Positions 10,227 through 19,923 of a DNA stretch of 64,000 nucleotides are shown piece after piece (positions within the stretch are counted from its first letter, which is position 1; every line of letters begins with the position of its first letter). The stretch covers positions 17,189 through 81,188 of the forward strand of contig DAOQWA010000002.1 of the NCBI GenBank assembly GCA_035341855.1, read 5' to 3'. The stretch comes from Bacteroidia bacterium. GTDB lineage: Bacteria; Bacteroidota; Bacteroidia; AKYH767-A; 2013-40CM-41-45. Position numbers and translations under genes: made by a program. The notes beneath the pieces were generated by a model, which saw only the letters and a list, made by a program, of their open reading frames with translations, searched no databases and had not been told where the DNA came from.

Positions 10227-10562
10227 TCACAAAGGTATATTTTCCAAACAAACCGGAATTGTCCCGTACAATCCTATCATCTCACCCGAGCCCTCAGCGA
10301 AAATCTCACCTTTTAATGCAAGTCCAAAAAGATCTGTATCAACATCATAAATGATCAGGTATCCCTCATCCGTTTTATCCGGTTCCAAATCAGCAACTAC
10401 CCAAAAATCTTCATAGTCCTGTGAAATAGGATTAAAAAAATTTCCTTCAAAGGGTTCTATGATACATTCATCAAATCTATCATACCAGACTTCCGGCCAC
10501 TCGAACGAATCACGTTCAGAAAGTTCTGCTTCAACAATTTTTTGAATATCCTTGGTTAACAT
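10227..10562 (-). CDS. hypothetical small acidic protein
   Basis: 111-aa ORF, highly acidic and W/F-rich. Codirectional with its neighbours. No recognisable motif. Confidence 0.45.
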   Translation of the reverse strand: MLTKDIQKIVEAELSERDSFEWPEVWYDRFDECIIEPFEGNFFNPISQDYEDFWVVADLEPDKTDEGYLIIYDVDTDLFGLALKGEIFAEGSGEMIGLYGTIPVCLENIPL

Positions 10563-10705
10563 TCTTTAAAATCAGTAATAAGTTAATTTACTAAATATCC
10601 TTGTAGATATTTCAATTGCAAAGATACTTGTGCGGAGTATATAAGATCTGATGGAAGGGGAATTTTTAAAAAATTTTAATCTGACAAAGAGAGAGCTATA
10701 ACAGC

Positions 10706-11140
10706 TCAGTTCTTTAGAATTTTAAAATTTCCTTCAGCAAGGATTTTCTCCTTATCGTTATTGTTGGTAATCACGATTTTGTAAGTACCGGTGTCGAAAA
10801 AATTGACCGCAGTAAGAGCATACGTTGACGTTTTCTTTACGTCCAGTAATCTTTCATCTACCCATTCATCCTTTCCTGAACTCATTTTATATGCAGTAAA
10901 AACCAACTTATATGCGTCAGGAAGTGATTCTGACGGAGTCACGTCGGCATAGAAAAGAACCTGAGTACCCTTATCTTCGATCATTACGAATTCATCCTTA
11001 GGTTCAGCCGGTTTAGGTTTACCGTAGCCAAATTTGCTGGATGCTGCGAGGTTGTCGGTTATGGTAAGTTTTGAGATCGTTTGTGCTTTAGAACTTTGCC
11101 ATGCCGCAAGGACAAAAATAAATGTGATGATCCTGATCAT
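10706..11140 (-). CDS. hypothetical secreted protein
   Basis: Signal peptide MIRIITFIFVLAAWQSSKAQ. Start trimmed to that ATG. No known domain recognised. Confidence 0.5.
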   Translation of the reverse strand: MIRIITFIFVLAAWQSSKAQTISKLTITDNLAASSKFGYGKPKPAEPKDEFVMIEDKGTQVLFYADVTPSESLPDAYKLVFTAYKMSSGKDEWVDERLLDVKKTSTYALTAVNFFDTGTYKIVITNNNDKEKILAEGNFKILKN

Positions 11141-11176
11141 AATTGAAATCCTAATTGTATACCAATTATACAAAAT

Positions 11177-11833
11177 TTAGATGGACGAAGCAACTGTAAA
11201 AAAGCTCTCTAATTGCAATATTTCGCCATCAGGGCTCTTGACTTCTTCCCTCAAAGCCTTGCTGGAAGGGTCTTTGAAGCCACTCCCTAAAAGTAATTGG
11301 TCTATGTCGGCAGAATCATAAAGTGAAAAACCATACTGTGCAAATGGCAATTTCATCATACTTGATTTCGATCTGTATACCAAATATAGCTTTCCGTTTT
11401 TCCTGAGAACTCTTTTTAATTCCTGCAAGTATGCTTCGATCGGATCCCAAAAATAGATCGTATTTACGGCAATGACAATATCAAATGATTCGGCTTCAAA
11501 GTGCATCTTACGACAGTCTCCTTCGGTGATGTCAACGACCTTGTTTTCAATCAATGAAAGATTGTTTTTAGTAGCTAATGCTACCATTTCCTTCGAATAA
11601 TCTATTGCAGTATATTTTAGTCCCTTTCCGGTAGAAACAATTTCAGCAATAAATTTTCCGTTTCCCGGACCAATCTCGAGTATGCAACTGTTATCTTTCA
11701 CCTGAAGCATGCCCGAAAGCTCAAGATAAAGCATTTCATTTGCCCGAGCCATGAACTCTCCGATCTCAAATGCATTTTGTCCGTGTGGTCTTTGAAGTTG
11801 GGCAGCAATTTCTTTATCACTCAGGTTTAGCAT
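11177..11833 (-). CDS. class I SAM-dependent methyltransferase
   Basis: Motif I LEIGPGNGKF and a Rossmann-fold pattern. Confidence 0.7.
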   Translation of the reverse strand: MLNLSDKEIAAQLQRPHGQNAFEIGEFMARANEMLYLELSGMLQVKDNSCILEIGPGNGKFIAEIVSTGKGLKYTAIDYSKEMVALATKNNLSLIENKVVDITEGDCRKMHFEAESFDIVIAVNTIYFWDPIEAYLQELKRVLRKNGKLYLVYRSKSSMMKLPFAQYGFSLYDSADIDQLLLGSGFKDPSSKALREEVKSPDGEILQLESFFTVASSI

Positions 11834-13013
11834 TTGTAGAAGCTTTTAATAAAAAGAAACCAAGAATTCCTGCAAATAAAGAAGAGGTAAGTATAGCAAG
11901 CTTGGCATTGAAAATATATTCAGGATCATCAAAAGCAAGTACAGCAATAAAAATGGACATGGTAAAACCAATTCCTCCAATGAAACCAACACCTAACAAT
12001 TGTTTAAGATTTGTTCCTTGAGGGATCCTGCTAACCTTAGTGTACAGAGCAAGCAGAATGAATCCGAATATACCAATAGGTTTACCAAGCAAAAGTCCTA
12101 ATGATATACCAAGACTCTCTGAAGTCTGTAGTCGTTCTAAAAGGCCTGTTCCCAATACAATTGCTGTATTGGCCAATGCAAACAAAGGCATGATAAGGAA
12201 GTTTACAGGAGTATGCAAAGCATGTTCAAGACGCAATAAGGGACTCTTGGTTTCAAATCCTCCAAGAGGTATAGTAAAGGCGAGAAGAACACCGGCAATA
12301 GTTGCATGAACACCACTCATTAAAACAAAATACCATAATACTAATCCCACCAAAAGATAAGGGAATACATATTTTACCCTGAATCTGTTCATCACTATGA
12401 GAATCAGCAATGGGATGCATGTCATTGCGAGGTAATACAATGAAATGGATTTGGTATAAAATATTGCGATAACAGCAACTGCACCCAGATCATCGACTAC
12501 AGCAAGTGCAGTAAGGAGAATTTTTAATGAAATTGGAACTCTATTTCCAAGAAGAGATAATATTCCAATTGCAAAGGCTATATCAGTCGCCATTGGAATT
12601 CCCCAACCTGAAGCTGTTGGTTCTCCGGCATTGAAGAAAAAATAGATTGACGCAGGTACGATCATCCCTCCAATGGCTGCTGCAAAAGGCAGCGATGCTC
12701 TCCTGAATGTAGATAATTCGCCTTCGAATAACTCTCTTTTGATCTCCAGGCCTACCAATAAAAAAAAGATGGCCATTAATGCGTCATTTATAAAATGACC
12801 AATGCCCATGCTTAGATTAAAGTCAGAAAAATTTATACTCAGATCCTTATGCCAAAAATGAGTATAAGCATCTGAAAAAACCGAATTGGCCAAAATAAGT
12901 GAGCTAACCGTACACAGAATCAGGAGGATACCGACAGCTTTCTGATTTTGAATAAATTCAGTGAATGCTTCCGAAAATATTGCACTTGTACGGATTATTC
13001 TTTTACGCACCAT
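11817..13013 (-). CDS. nhaA: Na+/H+ antiporter NhaA
   Basis: Polytopic protein with NhaA signature segments (FFLLVGLEIKRE, ALAVVDDLGAV), 398 aa. Confidence 0.88.
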   Translation of the reverse strand: MVRKRIIRTSAIFSEAFTEFIQNQKAVGILLILCTVSSLILANSVFSDAYTHFWHKDLSINFSDFNLSMGIGHFINDALMAIFFLLVGLEIKRELFEGELSTFRRASLPFAAAIGGMIVPASIYFFFNAGEPTASGWGIPMATDIAFAIGILSLLGNRVPISLKILLTALAVVDDLGAVAVIAIFYTKSISLYYLAMTCIPLLILIVMNRFRVKYVFPYLLVGLVLWYFVLMSGVHATIAGVLLAFTIPLGGFETKSPLLRLEHALHTPVNFLIMPLFALANTAIVLGTGLLERLQTSESLGISLGLLLGKPIGIFGFILLALYTKVSRIPQGTNLKQLLGVGFIGGIGFTMSIFIAVLAFDDPEYIFNAKLAILTSSLFAGILGFFLLKASTNAKPE

Positions 13014-13092
13014 GAAGATAAAAATGAATGTGATTTGCTGCTAAGTTCTTAAAAAATGACAATAAATTGATCCAGGTCAGAAGAAAATGTTA

Positions 13093-14475
13093 TTATTTGA
13101 TGAGTTCGCCTGATAATTGTTTCAGATATGTTTCAGCATACTTAGCCTCAAAGCGCACATTCACCAATCTATACATGGATTCTTCAAAATTTCTTTGAGC
13201 TTCTTTTAATTCGAGAATATTGCTGCTGCCGGTTTTAAATCTCTGCTGAGATATTGCCAGAATTTCTTTTGCGGCAATAATATTTTCTTCTTCCAGTTTT
13301 AAGATCTCAAGAAGATTCATGAATTTTTCAAAAGCAGAAAGCACTTCAGCGCTTAGTACCTGATTTGAGTTTTCCAATTGAAGTCTGGCATTCAAAAGCT
13401 CCAAACGTGCATTTTTAATCTGCGTGGAACGATTGAATCCGCCAAATAGTGGAAGGGTAGCAGTGACCCCATAATTCAAACCTTGATTTTTATTTTGACG
13501 AATAAATCCCGCATCATTTTTACTGTCTGAATATGCATAACTGCCATTTAATTTGATCTCAGGCCATCTGTCTGCTACTTTTTCTTTTAATGAATATTCT
13601 GAAATCAAAATTTGCTGGATCCGGTATGATCTTATACTATTTTTAGCAAGAGAATTTTTTTTGAGGTCATCCAATGAAGGCCTGAATTTGATCTCGACAG
13701 TGTCAGAGACTATAAATTCATTGTCAGGCGAATTTCCAATCAAACGATTAAGTTCAATTTTGGCATCCTTCAGAACAGATTTTTGTTTTTGTTCTGCCGA
13801 AAGCTTTGCATTGAGATTAGTCTTGATATGAAGCAGATCCAACTTAGCACCGGAACCGTTTGAAAATCTTCTTTCTGCCAATAGAACCTGTTCACGTGCA
13901 TATACAATTTCTTCACGAATACTCTTTAATAGCTGCTGCTGCCTTGTTATTTCGTAATAAGACCGGGTAACCTGAAGAATGATGTCTTCCATTTGGATTT
14001 TCAACTCGTACTTACCTTGCTCTGATAAAGCTGATAATTTTCTTTTACTGCTAAACATCTTAAAGCCATCGAAGATAGTCCAATCCAGACTGAGATCAGC
14101 ATTTAGGTTTTCGTTGATCGCACCTGTTCTATCCACTACTTCACCATTGGAGTAGAGTTGTTTTGTTGTGTTGTCTGCATGAGAATAACTTCCATTGACA
14201 CTTAGGTCGGGAAGCATTCCTGCCTCGCCAATGTGATCCCTGTTGTCAAGCATCTTACTTATATTTCTCGATATCTGAACATCAAAATTTTTCTCTAAGG
14301 CTAAAGTCACAGCATTCTCAATAGTAAGAGTTGAATCCTGAGCCGCAGATCCTAAGGACAGTAAGAAGAAAAGCAAAATCAAAATATAAGACAATATCAA
14401 TCTCGCCCCGGATGAAATTTGATGTGCTTCTTCACAAGGAAAAATATCAATAGATCTGATTGAACTACTCTCCAT
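13093..14475 (-). CDS. TolC-family outer membrane efflux protein (OMF) of an RND system
   Basis: Signal peptide, 460 aa, two-repeat coiled-coil/beta pattern. Overlaps the upstream RND pump gene by 11 nt. Confidence 0.8.
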   Translation of the reverse strand: MESSSIRSIDIFPCEEAHQISSGARLILSYILILLFFLLSLGSAAQDSTLTIENAVTLALEKNFDVQISRNISKMLDNRDHIGEAGMLPDLSVNGSYSHADNTTKQLYSNGEVVDRTGAINENLNADLSLDWTIFDGFKMFSSKRKLSALSEQGKYELKIQMEDIILQVTRSYYEITRQQQLLKSIREEIVYAREQVLLAERRFSNGSGAKLDLLHIKTNLNAKLSAEQKQKSVLKDAKIELNRLIGNSPDNEFIVSDTVEIKFRPSLDDLKKNSLAKNSIRSYRIQQILISEYSLKEKVADRWPEIKLNGSYAYSDSKNDAGFIRQNKNQGLNYGVTATLPLFGGFNRSTQIKNARLELLNARLQLENSNQVLSAEVLSAFEKFMNLLEILKLEEENIIAAKEILAISQQRFKTGSSNILELKEAQRNFEESMYRLVNVRFEAKYAETYLKQLSGELIK

Positions 14476-17400
14476 AAATTTTTTTCTTATTCGAAATGAA
14501 AGTATACATCGCGGGAATCACGTAGAGTGTGAGTACAAGTGAAAAGACCAATCCACCAACAACTGCAATCCCCATAGGCATTCTACTCTGTGCTCCGTTT
14601 CCGAGTCCAATGGCAATAGGTAAAGCTCCAAGAATTGTCGCAAAACTTGTCATCAGAATTGGTCTTAATCTTAAGGTTGCAGCTTCTATCACAGCAGTAT
14701 CAATACTTTTACCTAAAGCTTTCTGTTTGTTAGCAAACTCTACGATCAATATTCCATTTTTCGTTACCAGCCCGATGAGCATAATCATTCCAATCTGGCT
14801 AAAGATATTCAGAGTCTGGTTGAACATCCATAGAGTAAATACTGCCCCTCCAAGTGCAAGTGGTACCGTTAACATGATAATAACAGGATCGATGAAGCTT
14901 TCAAATTGAGCTGCAAGGATCAAATAGATCAATACCAATGCAAGGATAAATGCAAACAGTATGTTGGTATTGCTTTCCGCATAATCTCTTGATGGCCCTG
15001 TTAATTCTGTCTGAAAAGATTGGTCCAGTGTCTTAGTCGCAATTCGATTCATGGCCTCAATGCCGTCACCAATTGTTTTTCCCGGTGCAAGACCTGCTGA
15101 GATGGTTGCTGATTTGTAACGATCATGGTGGTAGAGTTGAGGTGGACTACTTTCCTCATTAATGCTGACGAGATTATCCATCTGAATCAATTCCCCCTCA
15201 TTATTCCGTACATACAATGATTTAAGATCCAAAGGTTCATCACGGTTAATTCTGTCAGCCTGAAGCACTACTTCATACTGTTTTCCTTGCATGCTAAAGT
15301 ATGAGATCCTGCTACCACTGTATGCAAGTTGCAGCGTTTGTGCAATGTCTCTGACTGAGATTCCAAGAGTGCTGGCACGTTCACGGTTAATGTGAACAAA
15401 TAGTTCCGGCTTATTAAATTTCAGATTCACATCAACACCCTGGAAGGTCGGATCCTGATAAGCTTCTTCAAGAAAACCGGGCAATTGTTCTTTGATCTTT
15501 TCAAAAGTTGGGTTCTGTATTACATATTGCACAGGCAATCCACCTCTTGAAATTCCACCGACGCTGATAGTTTGTTCCTGTATCACAAATGCTTTTCCTT
15601 CGGGAAAAGTCCTTAGCTGCTTACTCAAATAGTCTGCAATTTCTTGTTGTGAACGAACCCGGTCTTTTGATTCTATTAATGTCAATCTTGAGAATCCGGA
15701 ATTCACTGCACCGGATCCCGAAAATGAAGGCGCAGTAACGGTGAGCATAACCCTTTTTTCAGGTAAAGAATCTGTGACAAACTTGCTTATCCGATCCATA
15801 TAGGAATCCATATACTCATAGGAAGTGCCTTCTGGTGCAGACACAGCCAATCGTACCCAATTGCGATCCTCCAGCGGAGCCAGCTCCGATTGAAGAAGTG
15901 AACCAAAACCGAAGATCATTGCGATTGGAAGGAGCAGTAGTAGTACCGACCATCTTCTTTTCTTCATGAAATTAGTAAGTGATCGGCGATAGCTGTCATT
16001 CATCCTCTGGAAAAACGGCTCTGTTCTATGATAGAACTTTGAATGACCTTTATTCTTTCTGGTCAAAATAACATTCAGAACAGGCGTGAGTGTAAGAGAA
16101 ACAAATGCAGAAATAAGTATGGCACCTGCCATGACTATTCCAAACTCTCTGAATAACCTACCAACAAATCCCTCCAAAAAAATGATTGGCAGAAAGACTA
16201 CAGCCAGAGTGATTGATGTTGAAATAACTGCAAAAAATATTTCATTTGAACCTTCTCTTGCAGCATCAAGGGGCTTCATTCCTGCTTCAAGCTTCTTGTA
16301 GATATTTTCTGTCACGACAATACCATCATCAACCACCAGTCCGGTGGCCAATACAATAGCAAGCAAGGTTAGAATGTTAATAGAAAAGCCTGCAAGGTAC
16401 ATGATGAAAAATGCACCTATCAATGATACAGGTATATCTATCAATGGACGAAGGGCTATCAACCAATCTCTGAAGAAAAGGAAAATGATCAATACAACCA
16501 GAATAAAGGCAATCAGTAAAGTTTCCCCAACTTCTGCAATTGATTGCCTGACAAATAAAGTCTTGTCCAGTGCAATATTCAAGGTGAAATCTTTAGGGAG
16601 ATCAATCTTCAATTGCTCGTAGCGTTTATAAAACTCGTCTGCTATCTCAATGTAATTGGAACCGGGCTGCGGTACAATGGCAAGTCCGATCATTGGAGTG
16701 CCGCTTTCTTTCAGGATCGTTTCTTCATTCACTGTCCCAAGAACTGCATATCCAACTTCTTTTAATCTAACGGTCTGTTCACCGTTCGAAGATATAATGA
16801 GGTCATTAAAATCTGCTTCTGTACTTAAGCGTCCAATGGTTTTAACCATTAGTTCGGTAGTATTTCCGGCTAACTTTCCTGCCGGCAACTCGACATTTTC
16901 TCTCTGAATGGCTTGTTCGACATCCAGGGTACTTAGTTTGTATGCATTTAACTTCTGTGGATCTAACCTGATACGCATAGCGTACTTTTTCTCACCCCAT
17001 ATTTGGACCGTACTCACTCCGGGAATAGTTTGCAGTCTCTCAAGAATAATATTGGCTGCATAATCACTCACTTCAAGTTGTGTCCTTGTATTGCTCACAA
17101 CAGTCATTGAAATGATAGCATCGCTATTAGCATCAGCCTTGGTGACCACAGGAGGAGCATCTATATCCTGAGGTAGTTGACGTAATGCTTGAGAAACTTT
17201 GTCCCTTACATCATTAGCTGATGCCTCAAGATCAGATTCCAGTCCGAACTCAACAGTTATCACACTTGTTCCCTGATTACTTGCTGAGGAAATTGATCTA
17301 ATTCCAGCTATACCATTAATGGCTTTTTCTAATGGTTCTGTAATTTGTGATTCAATGATCTCTGCGTTGGCACCTGTATAATTAGTCCTGACAGTGATTA

Positions 17401-17530
17401 CCGGTGGATCAAGTGAAGGGTACTCCCTGACCCCTAAAAAGTCAAAGCCAATAAGTCCAAATAGCAAGATGATGATCGAAACCACCATTGCCAGAACAGG
17501 TCTTTTTAAACTTATTGAAGAGAGACTCAT
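14465..17530 (-). CDS. RND efflux transporter permease (AcrB/HAE1 family)
   Basis: 1021 aa, 12-TM architecture with large periplasmic loops and typical AcrB N-terminus MSLSSISLKRPVLAMVVSIIILLFG. Confidence 0.92.
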   Translation of the reverse strand: MSLSSISLKRPVLAMVVSIIILLFGLIGFDFLGVREYPSLDPPVITVRTNYTGANAEIIESQITEPLEKAINGIAGIRSISSASNQGTSVITVEFGLESDLEASANDVRDKVSQALRQLPQDIDAPPVVTKADANSDAIISMTVVSNTRTQLEVSDYAANIILERLQTIPGVSTVQIWGEKKYAMRIRLDPQKLNAYKLSTLDVEQAIQRENVELPAGKLAGNTTELMVKTIGRLSTEADFNDLIISSNGEQTVRLKEVGYAVLGTVNEETILKESGTPMIGLAIVPQPGSNYIEIADEFYKRYEQLKIDLPKDFTLNIALDKTLFVRQSIAEVGETLLIAFILVVLIIFLFFRDWLIALRPLIDIPVSLIGAFFIMYLAGFSINILTLLAIVLATGLVVDDGIVVTENIYKKLEAGMKPLDAAREGSNEIFFAVISTSITLAVVFLPIIFLEGFVGRLFREFGIVMAGAILISAFVSLTLTPVLNVILTRKNKGHSKFYHRTEPFFQRMNDSYRRSLTNFMKKRRWSVLLLLLPIAMIFGFGSLLQSELAPLEDRNWVRLAVSAPEGTSYEYMDSYMDRISKFVTDSLPEKRVMLTVTAPSFSGSGAVNSGFSRLTLIESKDRVRSQQEIADYLSKQLRTFPEGKAFVIQEQTISVGGISRGGLPVQYVIQNPTFEKIKEQLPGFLEEAYQDPTFQGVDVNLKFNKPELFVHINRERASTLGISVRDIAQTLQLAYSGSRISYFSMQGKQYEVVLQADRINRDEPLDLKSLYVRNNEGELIQMDNLVSINEESSPPQLYHHDRYKSATISAGLAPGKTIGDGIEAMNRIATKTLDQSFQTELTGPSRDYAESNTNILFAFILALVLIYLILAAQFESFIDPVIIMLTVPLALGGAVFTLWMFNQTLNIFSQIGMIMLIGLVTKNGILIVEFANKQKALGKSIDTAVIEAATLRLRPILMTSFATILGALPIAIGLGNGAQSRMPMGIAVVGGLVFSLVLTLYVIPAMYTFISNKKKIYGE

Positions 17531-17548
17531 TAAATAAAAATTGTTCTG

Positions 17549-18613
17549 TTAATTGATTGTGACCTTCACCGGCATGTCCGGTCTCAACTGCATTATTCCA
17601 TCGATGAGTACAGTGTCGCCGGGCTGAATTCCCGAAGTGATCTGAACAGTTGAATCATTTCTGATCCCAATTTCGACCTTGCCGGGTTTGGCGAGTCCGT
17701 TACGAAGTACAAAAAGTTTATATCCTTTTAACTCAGGTATAATTGCTTGTGATGGGATCATAAGAGCATCCGGAATGGTACGTAAGGGTACATTAACTGA
17801 TGCAAAAGAGCCGGGAGATAATTTCCCATCAGGGTTTGCAGCCTTTGCTCTCATAATGAGAGAACGTGTTTCAGGATCTACCTTTGGTTCTTTAGCATAA
17901 ATGCCGGCAGTAAATGTTGTGTTAGATGATTGCAGTGTGAACGAAACTTCCTGACTAACACTAATCATGGATAAATATTTTTCCGGAACTGAAAATTCAA
18001 GTTTTATAGGACTTATATCTTGCAGACTAACAATGGCGGAATACTGCGGAAGATATGCACCTTCATTGACTTGTTGAAGTCCGAGGACTCCCGAAAAAGG
18101 AGCTCTGATTTCAGTTTTCGAAATTTGAACCTGGAGGAGTGATATTTCCGCTTTTACAAGTTGCAAGGCATTTAAGGCTCTGTCGTATTCCTCTTTACTG
18201 ACACCATCGACAATGAGGAGATCTTTTTGTCTGCCTTCAACAAGTTCATTGAGATCTTCCTCAAGCCTAAGTTTTGTTAGGCGGGCTCTCAAGTCATCAT
18301 CATTGATTTTCGCAAGAAGTTCTCCTTCCCTGACGAAGGCACCTTCATTGAAATAAATTTTATCCAGTTTTCCGGCTATTTCATTTCTAATAAGGATTTC
18401 CTGGTTTGAAAGAAGTGAGCCTGTTACATTAATATTGTCAGTTATGGCAGATGCCCGGGATACAAACCCATTAACCAGCATTGCGGGTTTATTTCCCGAT
18501 CGGTTGCCGGTTGCTGTTTTGTTTTCAGGTGTGTTACACTTATTAATGTAAAGCACGACAGCAATAAAAACGATGGCAAGAAAGAATAATATTTTTCCCG
18601 GTTTCATAATCAT
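17549..18613 (-). CDS. RND efflux periplasmic adaptor subunit (HlyD/AcrA family)
   Basis: N-terminal TM anchor, coiled-coil hairpin, lipoyl and beta-barrel segments. Directly upstream of the RND pump. Confidence 0.88.
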   Translation of the reverse strand: MIMKPGKILFFLAIVFIAVVLYINKCNTPENKTATGNRSGNKPAMLVNGFVSRASAITDNINVTGSLLSNQEILIRNEIAGKLDKIYFNEGAFVREGELLAKINDDDLRARLTKLRLEEDLNELVEGRQKDLLIVDGVSKEEYDRALNALQLVKAEISLLQVQISKTEIRAPFSGVLGLQQVNEGAYLPQYSAIVSLQDISPIKLEFSVPEKYLSMISVSQEVSFTLQSSNTTFTAGIYAKEPKVDPETRSLIMRAKAANPDGKLSPGSFASVNVPLRTIPDALMIPSQAIIPELKGYKLFVLRNGLAKPGKVEIGIRNDSTVQITSGIQPGDTVLIDGIMQLRPDMPVKVTIN

Positions 18614-18668
18614 TAATAAATAAACAAAAAAATACGAGCCCGGAAGAAACTACTTTCTTACAACAATA

Positions 18669-19754
18669 TTAATCAACCCAATCAGCGATGAATAGATTTG
18701 TGTCCCGGGTACCTCCATTATTCCTGTTGCTCGAAAATACGATTTTCTTTCCATCAGGTGAAAAAACAGGAAAAGCTGCAAAAACTTTGTCGAAGGTAAT
18801 CTGCTCAAGATCACTCCCGTCTAAATTACACATCCACAAATTAAAATTATACCCTTTGCTGAGGTGATTGCTGGAAAAAATTATTTTCTTTCCATCCGGC
18901 GAAAAGAATGGTGCCCAATTTGCTCCACCCAGATTAGTAACTTTTTTCAGATCTGAACCATCAACATTGCAAGTATACAATTCCATATTTGTAGGCATCA
19001 CGAGGTCTTGTGCCAAAAGTTCTTTGTATTCTTGGATCTCAGCTTCGGTTTTCGGCCTGGACGAACGAAAGACAAGTTTTTTTCCGTCAGGTGAGAAGAA
19101 AGCACCACCATCATATCCCAGTTCATGTGTGATTTGCTTAACATTATTACCGTAGGCATCCATTGTGTAAAGTTCTAAATCACCGCTGCGTGTAGATGTA
19201 AAAACAATATTCTTTCCATCGGGACTTACGGTTGCTTCTGCATCATAGCCATCTTCTGTTGTTAGTTGTCGCACTATGTTTCCATTGAGATCAGCTACAA
19301 CAATATCAAAGGAAGGATACAATGCCCAAACGTATTTGTGGTCAGCACGAGGCGCAGGTTTAGGAGGGCAATTGGGACCACCCATATGTGTCGTAGCATA
19401 GAGTATCAAACTATCTCCGCCAAGAAAGTAAGAGCACGTTGTTCTGCCTTTTCCGGTACTCACCATAACAGGCGCAAAAGAATCAATTGGTGAATAAAAG
19501 ATCTGATCGCATTCTGCATTCAATTTCGGATTAGTAGCTTGAAAAACAAGCATCTGACTATCAAAGCTATAGTATGCTTCAGCATTATCACCACCAAAAG
19601 TCAATTGGCGAATATTTTTTAAGTGTTTCTCACCTTCGAAGTGTATGACCGTATCAGATGCCTGCGCAGGACCACCGGCATTGTTCAGATCATGAGCAGT
19701 GCCGAAATAAGCAAGTATCAATAAGAGGAAGATGTTGGAGCAGGTCTTTTTCAT
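18669..19754 (-). CDS. secreted PD40/WD40-like beta-propeller repeat protein (TolB-like)
   Basis: Signal peptide and repeated SPDGKKIVFSS / FSPDGKKL PD40 motifs. Confidence 0.75.
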   Translation of the reverse strand: MKKTCSNIFLLLILAYFGTAHDLNNAGGPAQASDTVIHFEGEKHLKNIRQLTFGGDNAEAYYSFDSQMLVFQATNPKLNAECDQIFYSPIDSFAPVMVSTGKGRTTCSYFLGGDSLILYATTHMGGPNCPPKPAPRADHKYVWALYPSFDIVVADLNGNIVRQLTTEDGYDAEATVSPDGKNIVFTSTRSGDLELYTMDAYGNNVKQITHELGYDGGAFFSPDGKKLVFRSSRPKTEAEIQEYKELLAQDLVMPTNMELYTCNVDGSDLKKVTNLGGANWAPFFSPDGKKIIFSSNHLSKGYNFNLWMCNLDGSDLEQITFDKVFAAFPVFSPDGKKIVFSSNRNNGGTRDTNLFIADWVD

Positions 19755-19923
19755 AATGTGCTTTGTACGAAATAAAAGCTAAGGACTTCAAAATTTGTCA
19801 CAAGAAAGCAAGAAATCAGATAAATTTAATCAAAGGTTAATATATTCCTAAAATATGTATGTGATTGAATTCAAATGAATGGATTTAATAGATTTGAGAC
19901 AAAATCTAACAAGCAATTCTTTT

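Noticed and set aside
14529-16907. Several 70-130-aa ORFs on the plus strand inside the RND pump gene; also 55436-57397 inside clpB, 785-1428 inside mtaB and 6544-6928 inside mutL
   Set aside because: All are antisense to long, confidently identified genes and have no independent start signals. They are typical shadow ORFs.
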